From contig JBHGNT010000003.1 in assembly GCA_043228905.1 (NCBI GenBank), positions 806,001 to 870,000 of the forward strand: a DNA stretch of 64,000 nt. The letters run 5' to 3'. The position numbers were made by a program, and so were the translations under genes. The notes beneath the pieces were generated by a model. The model had not been told where the DNA came from, did not search any database, and saw only the letters and a list, made by a program, of their open reading frames with translations. Within the stretch, counting starts at the first letter, position 1. Every line of letters begins with the position of its first letter. Source of the stretch: Azolla caroliniana (taxonomy: Eukaryota > Plantae > Polypodiophyta). Positions 1 to 13,044 of the stretch are shown piece by piece.

Positions 1-1449
1 TGGATCGTGCCTCTAAAATTGTGGGTTTGATTCAAGATGGAAATCCTATTGATCGTATCTCTACCAATAATGTGAAACTTAAAGAAGTGAGCTACAAGGT
101 ATGTTTTACAATTGTATATTTATTGCACAAAAGATATGTTTTTAGCTAAACCGATTTAATTAACTCCAGGTGCTTATAGAGAAGCTTTTGAGTTTCGATT
201 GCAAGAATGGGGATGTCAAGTTGTTCCTCCATGATATAATTGCCTCCCACATATAATTCATCTCCAAGGGAAAAGGTTTATCGTTCAATTAATTAGAATT
301 TAGATATCCTTTAAACATCCGTGGGAATAAACCAAATGTGATCTATGGGATGGGGCCTGACCCCATGGCAAGGATCAAACTTGGGTTTTCTCAATTTTGT
401 TTTGATGCTAAGGCATAAATCATCAAGGCAACAGCCAGAGATGCAAAGTGGGGGGTGCCATACACATGCAGTGCTAACATTTTATCTTAGTTAGAAGTAT
501 GGTGACATTCTGTCAATCAGGTGGTAAAATGATATCGATGACATGAAAACTGTATGATAATTAGCTATTTATAGTTTGGTGATTTTATCAAAATGCTTCT
601 CTCAAGTTCATACGACATTGCAGCCTACTGTTCTATTTCAATTTAGATAGATTTCCTCCAAATGAAAATCCTCTTTACATCTAAACATCACTCGTTCATA
701 GTGTGAAATCTTGATGTCTAGCTATTGATTGAAATCTGGATTTGAAACCTTCAAAAATTTGCAAGTCCTCCCAAAGAAAAGGATTATTTAAAAGCAGTAT
801 TTTTGTTAGATGTACTGGCGGAAGCTTAAGCTCTCTATGTAGCTCCATGGGAACTTGGTGAGAAGGAAGAAAGAAGATATAGCATGTATGGGACATGGCA
901 AGCTAAATCCTGCTACCTTTTACGAACACATAAATACCATTGCTTTTGTAAAGTCTTACTTCGAGAAGTATTAGCCTCAACAACTTCAAAACTCTCATGT
1001 GCCTATTTTCATGTACCCGTTTTCACAGTAGATTTTATTATCTCCATATTTTTTGTTTTGAGCTGTTTATGCTATGAGCTAGACGTCATGTTTAGATGTA
1101 GATCTATGTGGTATATTTGTGCCAGTGTTTTAATCAAGCTTTGAATCATATTTAACCATTTAAAATACTAATGGATTCAAACGAAATAACATGGGGAAGA
1201 AGCTCTAGCAAACATTTGTATGACAAAGCAGTTTCTTTCTCAATTGGTGTTCAAAGGTATCTTACAAGAGACATTTGAACAACATTCAAATCTGGAATTG
1301 ATTTGTGTTAGAAGAAGTAATTGTTTTGAATAGCCTACAATAAATTCTTGATGGAACTACCCTCTTTGTCATGATTCATGCTGTGGAGAATTTTCAAGTT
1401 TAAAATATGAGCATATAAGTATTTAACAAATTATAGGAATTTTAATAAA

Positions 1450-2330
1450 CATAAGTTTGCATACTTTTGGCAAGGATTTCAAGCATGCTCACATAGAAGA
1501 CAATTTTGATTTTCAATTTAGTTTATGTTTTTGCTTACCCCACATAAATAAGCAAAGTTGATGTCAATGGATAAGGCATTAGAAATGATTATGACTCGTG
1601 AGTATGACCATGCCTTTCACCATGGATGCACTATTCAAAAAATAGGCAAATAGATAAGCTATTTGACTTTGAATCATAATGCTATGGGGTTGGGTCACGT
1701 CAATCATGAGTTTTTTTACTCCTAGCTAGTAGGACATAATATATGAAAGATAAACAAGTTTGCATCCACATGGCCAATTGTGTAAGGTGTTTGAAATTAT
1801 TTGATAGTTGATGCTCTTTGACACTCATGGACACATAAGGATATAAATAATTTATGAACAATTATTGACATAATTAAGTGAACCACATCAAATAAAAAAT
1901 ATGATCAAGCTAGTGTGAGCCACTTAGGCACCATGAAAATATCTAACAAATTAAGAAGTGGAGCTTTGTCAATCCCCCAAGCAAAACCAATTATCCATTG
2001 ATTGCAACCACCCAAAATCTTGAGGGTTGGATGAGTCACTTGTGATTTCATGTTTAATTTCAATGTTTTATTTTACATCAAAGTTGATAGTTTAATGGTT
2101 ATGGCACTTAACTCTGAAATAAAGGGGTGTTGGTTTGAGTTCCTAGGAGGATGCATTTTGACTTGTAGACACATCACAAGACAAATACATTAAGTGCATT
2201 ATTGGCTTAATGGAAGAAATGTTTGAGAGTGGTTACTATGCCCAAGCAAGCCCTGTCAATGCAATTAATCAAGATAAGATAAACATTGGACTACATTAAC
2301 CATACCAATGGTTGGAAGAATATATAACTT
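1450..2330 (+). mobile_element. heavily decayed LTR-retrotransposon pol (RNase H-like) remnant
   Basis: Near 1660-1720 the sequence reads 'LFDFE..AMGLGHVNHEF', which resembles the Gypsy RNase H C-terminus (EFDFEI..PG..H.NADFLSR). Many stops are present and the boundaries are approximate. Confidence 0.25.
2081..2155 (+). pseudogene. degenerate tRNA-like / tRNA-derived SINE-like relic
   Basis: A-box-like TAGTTTAATGGT, loop-like CTCTGAA (CTG, Gln-like) and B-box-like GGTTTGAGTTCC at tRNA-like spacing, followed by TTTT. The stems do not pair properly. Confidence 0.25.
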
Positions 2331-2870
2331 ATGTTTTGACATTGTTTTGTATCTTTTGAAGTGCTTGTGGTGTGCAATTTCTCTTGGAAATAGAACATGA
2401 ACACTTATGGTAAAAGGAGTAAAATTTCAAATCCCAAACGAACTAGCAGAATCATCACTTCTAACCATTGCCTTGGTGGCATTGCCATGCAAACATGAAC
2501 AAGTAACAACACGTGGGGTGGCCAAAATACTATATCAGTTTAGGATGAGAAGTGAAATAACATTGGAGCTCACTATCAATTGTGTTACCTACTTGCGCAA
2601 CCCCACAATCAACAACCCTAAAAATTCGACTATCAGACAAATACCAAAAGGATATAGTTCAGTGTACTAGTAACACACAGTAAAGCTCAAGACCTACATA
2701 ATCCCTTCAAGAGCTTGATAGCCAAAATGCTATTTTCCCCAATTGTCAAGGAAGGGCTATATTTTCCCCAATTGGCATTGCTTGACAATCATCAACTAAC
2801 AACATGGAGTCGAACAAGTGTTACCTAGAAAACCCCAACGTGACACAATAAACAAAACAATATAATCAGG

Positions 2871-2872
<2 letters not shown>

Positions 2873-2904
<32 letters not shown>
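2873..2904. repeat. (AG)n microsatellite upstream of the TIN1-like gene
   Basis: Directly visible AG run. Confidence 0.9.
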
Positions 2905-2906
<2 letters not shown>

Positions 2907-3140
2907 TTTCACACGCCATGGACAAGTGGTGGCAGAGAGATTTGAACCGAGATGCGAACAACCAAAATGCCATGCTTAGGCCCAAAAGTACCCCCCAACC
3001 CAAAACAAAACAAAATGGACAGAATGCCTTATAAGTTATACATATTGATAAGGAAGAGAGGATGGAATTGATTATTATTACTATGCAGGAGGCTTAAGAT
3101 TCTCTTTCTTCACAGATCTGGTCTGGTCTGGTCTGGTCTG

Positions 3141-6100
3141 ATGATGTTAGGAGCTCCCCTGTTTCTTCTCCTCCTCCTATCGCTCGGGTTTGTTTCATCA
3201 TCATCGCCTAATTCTCCTCCTGACCATGAAGAAGAGCTCGGTATCTCTGTGTTGGACACTGTTTCGGTACTCTCCCGTCTTCTTCGTTTACTGTTAATTA
3301 ATTGTCAAAAAGAAGACAAGAGTACATGAATCCATATGTGCCCTCAATTCTATTCCTTCCTCTGTGTCTGCGTATGCTAATATCATCTATCCCTTGAGGA
3401 TCTCTAGCTGACCTAGGCATTAAAAAACAAAATTAGGCTTGGTTGTATTATTGCTTTCATTATTCTTGTTCCTGGAATCAAAGAGATAGATTAGATTTGT
3501 GACTTGATTTTTCTCTATGTTTTTGTTCCAAGAAATAAGACATATTTTTTGTTCCTCAATTAAACTGGTGGCGTTATTCATTTGTATGTTTTTTTACAAG
3601 AAATAAGGGTTTTTTGGTTCCTAGACTAAGTTTGGTGGCATATTCAGTTCTGCAATCATTGTTAAATGGAGTGACTGTGTCGTAGAGCTGCACTCAAACA
3701 AGTTTATTGTCAGTCAATATAACACCTAACTGCAAAAAAGCATGCTGCATGCATGTCAATGATTAAAAAAAGTCCCAACAGTGTTGTAGGTTTCATAAAC
3801 AAAGAAACTAGTATAAAAGCATAGCGTGCCAGAAAACAAGAAATCTAGCTCAATAATTGCTGTAGAAGTCATATATGGATGGTCTTTGCTCGTGCTGATT
3901 TATCTATAAGACTCACCTATTCACAAAATGCAATGGTGGATTTTAATTGGAAGATAATTTATGAAGGCAGTTTTCAATACTGTGAACAAATTATATTTGT
4001 TTTTATGTAAGGGTATATTTTAGTGTCAAACGGATTTTGTTTTTCCTTTGCCTGATGCACGCTGATCTTAAATAGCTTGTGTCATAGGGCTAACCTCTGA
4101 ATAATTCTCATGTATGGGATTTTTAAAGCTGCTGTCATGTATGGGTCATTCTCTACAAGAGCTCATAGACATGAAACCACGTCGATCTGAAACAGGATCA
4201 TGAACATGGTTGCATTTAGGATCCAATAGTAGATCAAATTGGCATGGATGACAGACGAGAGGTCAAAAGGATGTGCAGTTATGCAAGTTAGATGAGGATT
4301 GGATTGGAATCAAACAGAGGGAGAATTGGAACAAGGAAGATACCTATGTGCAACCCCAAGTTGGCAGTTTAATGATGACAGAGTGATGAGAAAAAAACAA
4401 AAGAGAGTTGAGATCAATTGGCTTTGATCTACTTGAGATTGTTGAGATATCAAGCTCAACCATTCACATTGTGTGTGAACACACATATGACGAGGCACAT
4501 ATGCGCATTAAAGACTACCTCTACTGTCATACCTTTTGTCATAAGAATGTAACCACCCTTGTCAAATGGTAAAGAATCATTGTTGTTTTCAAAGTCAAGG
4601 ATGGCTCACATCCCACCCATTCTCACCCTGTCAAATTGGGAGAAAGTAGTTACAAGGTAGTAAGAAAGGACCTATATAAACCAAGCCCCTTCTTGGATAT
4701 AGTGTTGATTACATATTGATTATGGTCAATAATACTGGCAATTAGTCTTTATCATTGTAATCTTCCCCCATTTGTTAATAAAAGTTCTTTTCGTTGATAT
4801 CTTGTCTCCTTCCTTTGCTTCAGAGATCACTCCATCTTGAAGAGGCACATGTTGGAAGTTTTTCAAAGACAGATGTTTCAGTCTATCTGAGTTTAGAATC
4901 AAGGTCTTAGATATGTAGATTCCTCAGTATCATATGTTCAGTTGTATTTATTTTGGTTTTCCGTTCTTGAAGGCGAGGAAATATTGTGAGATTTAATCAG
5001 GCATTTAGGCCTCTTCAAAGACTTTGATATAGCTTTCTTCTTTCTATCTCTATCTCCTTCTCTCACATCTTATTTAATTATTTTCTTGTGTATATACGTT
5101 TGATTCTCCCATAGAACTAAATGCTCTAGTTCTTCACATGCTATCAAACTGGAGGGTTATTCATCAACATAGCCTCTGTTTTTTGTATGCTATCCTTGAC
5201 ATCATTGTTCAAGAAGAATTGTCTCAGAGCATCGACATGGTCAATTGTAGCTATTATATGTGCAACTACATAGCTTGTGAATGAGAGAGTTCCACCAGAT
5301 ACCGTGTGTTGTGTAGATCAAAGGAAGGATACCCTGAATATCCAAATGGGTGGCACACTCCCAAGTAATAAGCTTGAATGAACCAACTTCACAAGTTGGA
5401 CGTATAAAATGAGACAGTTCCTTGTTAGACAAGGATGTGGGGGTTATATTGAAGGTGACCTTGCCACCATGCCTAATGTGGCACGTGCTGACAACACAGG
5501 ATAGAAACTAGATGTAAGACATGTGATGTATTGTTTTGCAAATGTCGGCCTTGCGGCAATTCCAACTTTTGATATTGGATTCCACTATTGAGCATTGCAA
5601 TGTATCCTTTCAAGAGATTACGAACATTGCACAATCAGGTGGTTCTGCTGAGGACGAAGAAGAAGAAGAAGATAATGATGATGTTGAGGAAGAGGAGGAG
5701 CTGAAAAGACCAGCTCAGAAGGTTCTTCATCTGACTGAACAATAGTTTTTGTTCCATGTCTTCCCATGATTATTTGTTGTTTTGTTAGTCAAAAGAGCGA
5801 GGGACCAAGAAGTTAGCATTTTTCTATGCTAGTTAATGGAAAACCATTCTTTATTAAGTTTGTGCATTTATAATCTGCTAGTATATTTAAGGCTGATATA
5901 GATTAATGTATTTGTCAAAAAAAGAAAAAAAAAAACAAGTGCATCTAAAATTTAAGATGCTTGAGATGTGTAAATATGCTGCATCTTACGCATCTCTCGG
6001 AAGATGTGTTTGAAATTAGCTTATAACAAGTGTGCTGTTGGTTCTAAGGGTCTCAATTTCCTATGCAATATGAAACTTCTTCTTTTTTACAGGATATCGT

Positions 6101-8001
6101 CCAAAGGATTAGCGCAAGTAAAGAGTGGAACGTAGATAATGTTCGCATTGTAAATATTGATTCCAAAAATGCCAAATTTACGAAGGCAACTGATTATGAG
6201 CTAAATATAAAAATTGGTGATCAAATCCTTCCAACAAAATTTGTAGATGAGATTCCTAAATGGGAGCGTCTGGGTGATTTAGAAAACTTTTCTCAAGATC
6301 AGGATCATCAAGAGACCACCTCAAAGGTTTTATGGAGTTCTAAAGCATTACAATCTGTATTGGCACCTTTCCAGTTGAATGGACCTCTGGATTTATCCTT
6401 TAAGAGTTCAAAATCTCCTCAAGATTCTTCTCAGGTACTCCACTTATTGACCATATAGTTCTGGCTGGTATTGTATCTAGATAATATTATGGATGGCTCG
6501 ATGAATTTAAATTTTGGTCTAAAAGAACATATAATCATGATGAGTAGATTTCCACTTTGATGTGAAACATGAACTCATCTTATTTCATATCGTAAGAACC
6601 ACTTCTAGCTAGTCAAAAGCACTTACTCATCTGATCAGCGAATGACATAATATTAGTTCGAGGAGATCATCAAGTGAAAACCACATTGTCACAATACTAC
6701 AGAACTAACGTACCACATTTGTTTTCCTTCATTTCTCATAAATCTAATGTTGATATGTAGAGTGTAGATAGTAATTAGTTTTAGAGTGAACAAGGATTTT
6801 AGCTATCCATTCATAGTGAAGTGACTGTTTCACAAAATCACCGTTTGAGTAACATAGTTCGTGGAATGTTCCAGTTTATGAAGCACCTCTCTCAAAAGTC
6901 ATGGTGTGCCTCCAAAGGGAGGATATCTGTCAAGGCAGACTTTGATTTCCAACTATATGCAAACATTGGCCAATGAAGAGTGATTTTGAGGCTCCACTAA
7001 TTTTGGAATGCATTATTGCTGAGCCAAGAATATCTTGCTAAAGGAAATGGCAGAATATTCTTGCATAAAATCACAATAATAAAGTCATAGCTAATATATA
7101 TGAGTAGTGGTGACCAGAATTCACATCCAAAGGATAGATACATTCTCTTTGATGGGTTTCATCATTACCTTGATATGTTCCTTCAGGGTTGACAATTTTG
7201 ATTTAACACTGTTTTCTTTTGAATTCATAGGAAAATGAACAGATTATAAGCCTCAACGTGGCTTTTGGAAGCTCAGTTGAAGTGGAGGGAGCCCATGAAG
7301 TGACCCTTGCACACCCTGTGGAGTTGTCACTACCGATAAATAGGACCTCATTATTTCAAAGTTTAGCAACAAGCATAGTGTCTTTTGGTGAGAGTAGAAT
7401 ACATACACTAGGGCAGCAGGACAATGCTCTCCTCTCTATAAATATCATAGGATCTGCAATAGTCGCTAATATTACGGGTCTCAACTTATCTCTCGATACA
7501 TCACAAGTAAATCCTGAGCCAAGCTTTCTGAACATTCTCTATAAGGGTGATCATGAAGTATCTTCATCAACATTAGAAATGTTGGACAAAGCCTCATGGC
7601 CTTTTCCTCTATTGAATATCTCAGATCCAAGCTTGTTATTGGTTGAGAACATAATTGAAGAGACCAGTAACTATGTGAATTCTTGCACCATTCTACATGC
7701 TAAAGTAACCGCATCAACTTTTGTCCACTTTGAATTCGAGATAGAACGGACACTTGATAAAGAAGACTTCGATCCCACACTTTGGCCAGATTGGAGAACA
7801 AGGCCCAGTGTGAAAAGATATAGCTACCAAGTTATTGCCAGAATTAAAGATAATAGTCTCATACCTATGTCAGTTAAATCTTTGAAATATTATGAAAATA
7901 TTGAAAGTAATAATTGGTGGGATGTTTCCTCTAATGTATCATATGCAGGTTTTTCTGGATACTTTGTACCATCTAGCCCTATGACACTAGATACCTATTG
8001 A
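3141..8001 (+). CDS. TUNICAMYCIN INDUCED 1 (TIN1)-like secreted/ER protein, 3 exons, about 412 aa
   Basis: Exons 3141-3266 (hydrophobic signal peptide; donor TCG|gtactc), 6093-6434 (ttttacag|GAT ... CAG|gtactc) and 7231-8001 (ttcatag|GAA ... TGA). All junctions are phase 0 GT-AG and join in frame. Motifs 'YELNIKIGDQILPTKFVDEIPKWE', 'VLAPFQLNGPLDL', 'VEVEGAHEVTLAHPVELSLP' and 'WPDWRTRPSV...PSSPMTLD' match my recollection of the TIN1/At1g47310 family. Confidence 0.8.
4548..4849 (+). mobile_element. solo-LTR-like segment in intron 1 of the TIN1-like gene
   Basis: Starts TGTAAC and ends GGCACA, with an internal TATA (cctatataaa, ~4671) and AATAAA (~4777). No TSD was found. Confidence 0.3.
4850..5530 (+). 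mobile_element. truncated Ty1/Copia element (5' LTR, PBS, gag N-terminus)
   Basis: Putative LTR TGTTGG...CTTCACA (4850-5138) is followed by TGCTATCAAACT, a decayed tRNA-iMet PBS (TGGTATCAGAGC). From ATG 5346 it reads 'MGGTLPSNKLE*TNFTSWTYKMRQFLVRQGCGGYIEG', the typical Copia gag start (KL...NF..W...M...L...G.W.YI.G). Confidence 0.65.
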
Positions 8002-10615
8002 ATGGATTTTATGATTAGTCTTGTGTATATTTATAAAGCATTCCAATGCTTTTTTGTAATTTAACAATCATGATAATGGGCCTAATGAGCTTTTTATGAT
8101 GTCCACATCCTGCCTTCTTTCTGATGCCAAATTTGAAACAAAACTATATATATTGTAAATATTCTAAGCCTTCGTATAATTTAATAAGCATGGTAATGAA
8201 CTTTCTAGAATGCTCCTAGCTTTCCCTTTAACTCCTGGCGTCGCAAGTTTCAAGCAAAGCATTGTATATTGACAAAGAGACTGTTGTAAGTGTCTAACTC
8301 CCATTGATCTAGGAGGCATCCAACAAACCAAGTAGCTGACTGCACTAAGCTTTGAACTTGCTTCTTCTATGACTTACGAACAAGAGGCACACTGGAAAAC
8401 AATGAACTATTTTGGGGAAGACAAACAGTAATGAAATATTATCGTACGTTTTGAGGTTTTGCTTAATGATTTGTATTAAAAACTATCAACCCTTCTGGGC
8501 CTTCGAGACAATGCTAATGCAAGTTAGTTAATATATGTCCCAAGACACAATGTTAATGCACGTCTTGTTAATTTATGCCAGTGATTTTGCTAATGAATAT
8601 TGGTTTATTATTTATTTTATGTTATTGTGACACTTCTAATTCAACTCTAAGAGGTGATGCTAATACAAGCCTACTTAATTTATGGTAGTCATAATGCTAA
8701 TTAATAGTGATTTATTATTTATTTTATGTTACTATGACACACATAATTTTAATCAGGCCATTTCATAGTGTATCTACATTAATTGCTTGAAATTGAAATT
8801 AGTGTCCTGCTTTTAAACCGTAAATAGCATACAATGATCTAATAGCCTAATCCTCTATCAAGTTGTGTGATCTTAAAAACAAAACACAGGCTCAGAATTT
8901 GGCAATATTAATTTAATATATTATTCACATTCCTAGTATAACCTCTTTTGTGGAAGGGATGTTGAAGGAAAAAATTTCATCATAATAATATGAACCCAAC
9001 TTTTCTCGTAGATATAAATAAGCATGATTGTATGTTAACAAATAGATTCATTTGATACTCAATGCTTTTCCGGAATCTATTGAAATATTTGTGATTGGCC
9101 GTCAAGATAAAATTTTCATATCTATATTATGAAAGGTGCTATGAGTTTCCCGTATAAGAAAAATTATGATGTTTGTTAAATACTTTATTAGCAGTGCACA
9201 TAAGACAACATAGGATATATCTATGCCACAAATTTTTGTTGGTATACCTTGTAATCTTGTTGTGAAACAATATGATAACAAAAAAACCAGTTACATTGCT
9301 ATTCTCTAATTTAGACCCATATAATCACAAAAGTTTGATTTCCATAACAGAATGAATGAGGAATATGAAAACTTCACTAAGGACGGAAGTTATCTGAACA
9401 TTGAAGGTAAAATATTGCAGTATTAACAACTTTTTTCTAGGATGCTTCTTTTCAAACAAAGCAAAATCCTAACAAATTGATGAAGAGATACAGAGATTCT
9501 CACAAGTATTAGGGTTATTCTCACATTTAGGGTTAGCAAAATCCTAACCATGGGCATTTGCTCCTTTCATTAGCTCATTCAAGTAATAACATATATTACC
9601 AATCGGACACGTCAATCCAACGTTGAAAAGGTGAGTTGGTTTCTCATGGAAAGCCGACGAGGATAACATGAAAACGCAACAAAACTAGTGGCATTCATAA
9701 TCTTCATATGACGACTAGCCTTAATCGTATTCTCTCCTTGTCTCAACTTGGTAACAATGATAGTGGAGGACAGAAGCAACAGGTAAATACTATTTCTGTA
9801 ATATGAATCCAAAATGAACATCATGACAAATTAACATCACATTATTAATTACTTTCTTATTACAGGAATTTAGTAGAAAAATTACAATGTTTCTATTTTA
9901 TTTTGTTCCAAACCATTATAAGTACTTCCAACCGTTAAGTTTCAAAAAGTACCACCAGTGTTAGTGAATGAGGGGCATCTCTTTTTTTCTCGAAAAAAGG
10001 GGTTATTATTGATCACTCACATATCAGACTAAAGATTTCCTTCTCTGTGAAATTTATATTATGCAGCCATGGTGGGTAGTGGCAGGAGCAGTTGACCAAC
10101 ACGGTTAAACAAATGGAGTTCATTTTAAAAGTATCAGCTTGTCTGATATCAGTGCCTGTCAAGATGGCTGTTCACATGTAGGTGCCTGACAATAGTGGTG
10201 TGAGCACCTACTTCATGATAGCAGTCTTCATCAACATGTCCTTGGCAAACCCTACACCTTTTTCACCACTACAATGGGTGGACATGACCACAGCCAGCAT
10301 TAACCACCTGCCAAAACACCAGAGGCCATGATGGCTCTGGAGGTGATCTCCTTCAGTTGCTACTTGTTCTCATGCAAGTCTTCTTGTCATGATGCAAAAC
10401 AAGGTGGTCGAGCTCGTGATAAGCGGCAACGGAGGTGTCACTGCCTTTCTCCAGTTGGTTCTGCTAGTGTGCATGCTGGGCACTGTAGCTGGACTGCATC
10501 CATGAGAAGCTCATTGAGATTCAGCTTGGTCCTCTTTCATGCAGAAACACCCCTGAACCACCACTGCAATCCTCCCCCTTATCTCCCTTGTCTCTGCCAG
10601 CCTCCTCACTTTCAT

Positions 10616-10968
10616 CTCTGCTGCCGTCTATGCTTTCCTCAGCCATTAATCCATCCATTGAATATTTTTTTATAGAGTTCTCACCCGCATATTTTTCAAA
10701 CAAACGCCCATTGTTGTTGATTTAAATTTTTGGTGTATAATATTCCCTCACATTTGTCAAACACATGAATAGCATTGCATGGCCATATTAAAATCTGCTG
10801 CCGTCTATGCTTTCCTCAGCCATTAATCCATCTATTGAATATTTTTTTGTAGAGTTCTCACCCACATATTTTTTAAACAAATGCCCATTGTTGGTGATTT
10901 AAATTTTTGGTGTATAATATTCCCTCTCACACTTGTCAAAACACATGAATAGCATTGCATGGCCATAT
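10616..10968. repeat. about 178-bp tandem duplication (also in copy 2, ~21561-21913)
   Basis: 'tctgctgccgtctatgctttcctcagcc...gcatggccatatt' occurs twice in tandem. Confidence 0.8.
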
Positions 10969-11339
10969 TTGTATTTTTTTAGTGTATAAAATCCCCATAC
11001 ATTTGTCAACACGTGAATACCATTTTACCTAGCACTCATTTCCAACTACGGTGCAGTACCAGAAGGGAGACAAATACTAGAAGTGAGATATGCATCAGCA
11101 TCACCACTCATTCATAAATGCTTTTGCTAGAGCTCCCTAAGATGAAGGAGTCTGGCCCTCAATATGTAGGTATTCTCATGTCACCTTCACATTGGCTAAA
11201 TGAGAACCAGCATAATCATAGCTTCTGATGATTGATTGATGCAAAGATATATATTAACATTGCCTAAGAGCAAAACAGGCAAAATAAAACCATGGTAAAA
11301 TAAAAGCGGGTGAACAAAGAGGAATGAGCTTCATCATCA

Positions 11340-12638
11340 TCATACATTATTCCATATGGTGCTCATTAACCGAGCATGCACACAAAAGCTGAAGAGATAA
11401 ATTTTGCTTTTTTCAATGCCAAAAGGACCCGATGGTGTCAACTGGTGCCATTGTGGCGGCGTCTTTGTCAAGTTACAAACAACAAGTTTTGAGTTCCTTT
11501 GAGAATACAAGTAAAGAAGGTTTCCTGAACTAACAATTTGATCTACTAAAGGACCTTTACCTTTGCCACAAAAACCTCGAAAGATACCATAAGGCATTCG
11601 AGCAATTTCAAGCATTTCCATACCAGGTTCATGAAGCTCCCATATACGAATACTCTTAAATGCTTCAATACCATGAGTGACCCCTACAAGAAGGATCTTA
11701 TCATGATGTTCTACCAGCCTTCCATACGCATAACAAGAAGGAACAAGCATTGGAATCTGGTTCCAAACCCCCTTTTGCATGTCATAAACTAACAGGGCTT
11801 CAGGTGGACCCGCCGTCCAACAATAGAAGAACCCTCGAGAGAATAATGAGCATGCGAATGCTAATTTTTGGCGCACGGGTAGTTTGGCAGTGATAGACCA
11901 TTCATTCGTTAAAGAATCATAAACTTCAGTGATAGCCTCGGATTCGAAGCTACCAACAGCAATCACCTTAAAACTACATTTCTTCTCATCGACGAGAATT
12001 CCCACAACAGGATCGGGGCGATTCACGTGCCGTTTCGGTAATTCTCTATAACTAGACATGAGAGGGTTAAGCACAAGGAGTACCTGGTTTTCAGCATATG
12101 CATTGACACATAGCAATCCCGAAGAGGCGGCGACAGGGTAGCAACCCCGATCACGTGGCATGATACCTGAGACACCACCAATGCTTATCTTACGCCACCG
12201 CGAGAATTCGGAATCGAGGACATAGGAGAGGGGGGTATCATTAAAGGGTTCAATACACAGGGCAAAGAGCCATGGTTCCGGTGGATGCATCTCTGAACAG
12301 AGAAGAAGGAGGCGTTCCGAGAATGTTTCTTGGTACCATTGTTTCGATACGGTAGACGTCCGCACATACAAAGAGAGGGGTAGGCAGGAGCGGATCCGGT
12401 CAACGATTTCTTCAGGAAGGTCCGCAAAGGAGAGGTCGTTGTCATCAGGGGCATATGGCATGGTGATATCTGATTGGTCTACTGGTGAAGAGGGGGTCAG
12501 GCATGCTAGGCCGGGAGGGCGGAGAAGGTTGCCACCAAGAAGAAGGAGAGGTGGAGATGGAGAAGAAATCTGATTAATCTGTGTATGCCAGAGGGATCTA
12601 ATGAGAGAGAATTTGATACAGCTTACCAAATTGCCCAT
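11340..12638 (-). CDS. F-box protein with kelch/FBA-like beta-propeller (At5g15710-like), 432 aa
   Basis: Intronless ORF. F-box 'FADLPEEIVDRIRSCLPLSLYVRTSTVSKQW', then 'VAASSGLLC', 'VLNPL...RELP', 'FKVIAVG', 'TEVYDSLTNEW'. Start placed at ATG 12638 because the longer ORF start runs through a CT microsatellite; MPYAP is an alternative start. Confidence 0.88.
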   Translation of the reverse strand: MGNLVSCIKFSLIRSLWHTQINQISSPSPPLLLLGGNLLRPPGLACLTPSSPVDQSDITMPYAPDDNDLSFADLPEEIVDRIRSCLPLSLYVRTSTVSKQWYQETFSERLLLLCSEMHPPEPWLFALCIEPFNDTPLSYVLDSEFSRWRKISIGGVSGIMPRDRGCYPVAASSGLLCVNAYAENQVLLVLNPLMSSYRELPKRHVNRPDPVVGILVDEKKCSFKVIAVGSFESEAITEVYDSLTNEWSITAKLPVRQKLAFACSLFSRGFFYCWTAGPPEALLVYDMQKGVWNQIPMLVPSCYAYGRLVEHHDKILLVGVTHGIEAFKSIRIWELHEPGMEMLEIARMPYGIFRGFCGKGKGPLVDQIVSSGNLLYLYSQRNSKLVVCNLTKTPPQWHQLTPSGPFGIEKSKIYLFSFCVHARLMSTIWNNV

Positions 12639-12648
12639 AAATGAAATG

Positions 12649-12650
<2 letters not shown>

Positions 12651-12705
<55 letters not shown>

Positions 12706-12878
12706 AATATACAGAGCCCTCTTAGAAGAGAGAAACCCTATACAGAGAGCTCTGAGAGAGAGAGAGAGATCAATATACAGAGCCCTCTTAGAAGAGAGAG
12801 AAACCCTATACGGAGAGCTCTTGACAGAGAGAGAGAGAGAGCCCTCTAGAAGAGAGAGAAACCCTATACAGAGAGCTC

Positions 12879-12924
<46 letters not shown>

Positions 12925-13010
12925 TGAGAAAAACCCTATACTGCCTGCCTCTTTCTGAAGCTTCCTTTCTTTGAAATGAATCACTAAGTCTCCTTTTGAT
13001 AGAGAGAGAG

Positions 13011-13040
<30 letters not shown>
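12651..13040. repeat. compound (AG)n/(TG)n SSR with a repeated 'agagccctcttagaagagagaaaccctata' unit in the F-box 5' region
   Basis: Visible repeats that include several AAACCCTA telo-box-like motifs. Duplicated at ~23596-23980. Confidence 0.85.

Positions 13041-13044
<4 letters not shown>

Noticed and set aside
10060-10710. GC-richer stretch with short ORFs and a 'KRCRVCQ...RHL' RING-like hint on the minus strand
   Set aside because: Stops occur in all frames and no coherent Cys/His pattern can be built. It may be a decayed gene fragment but cannot be assigned.
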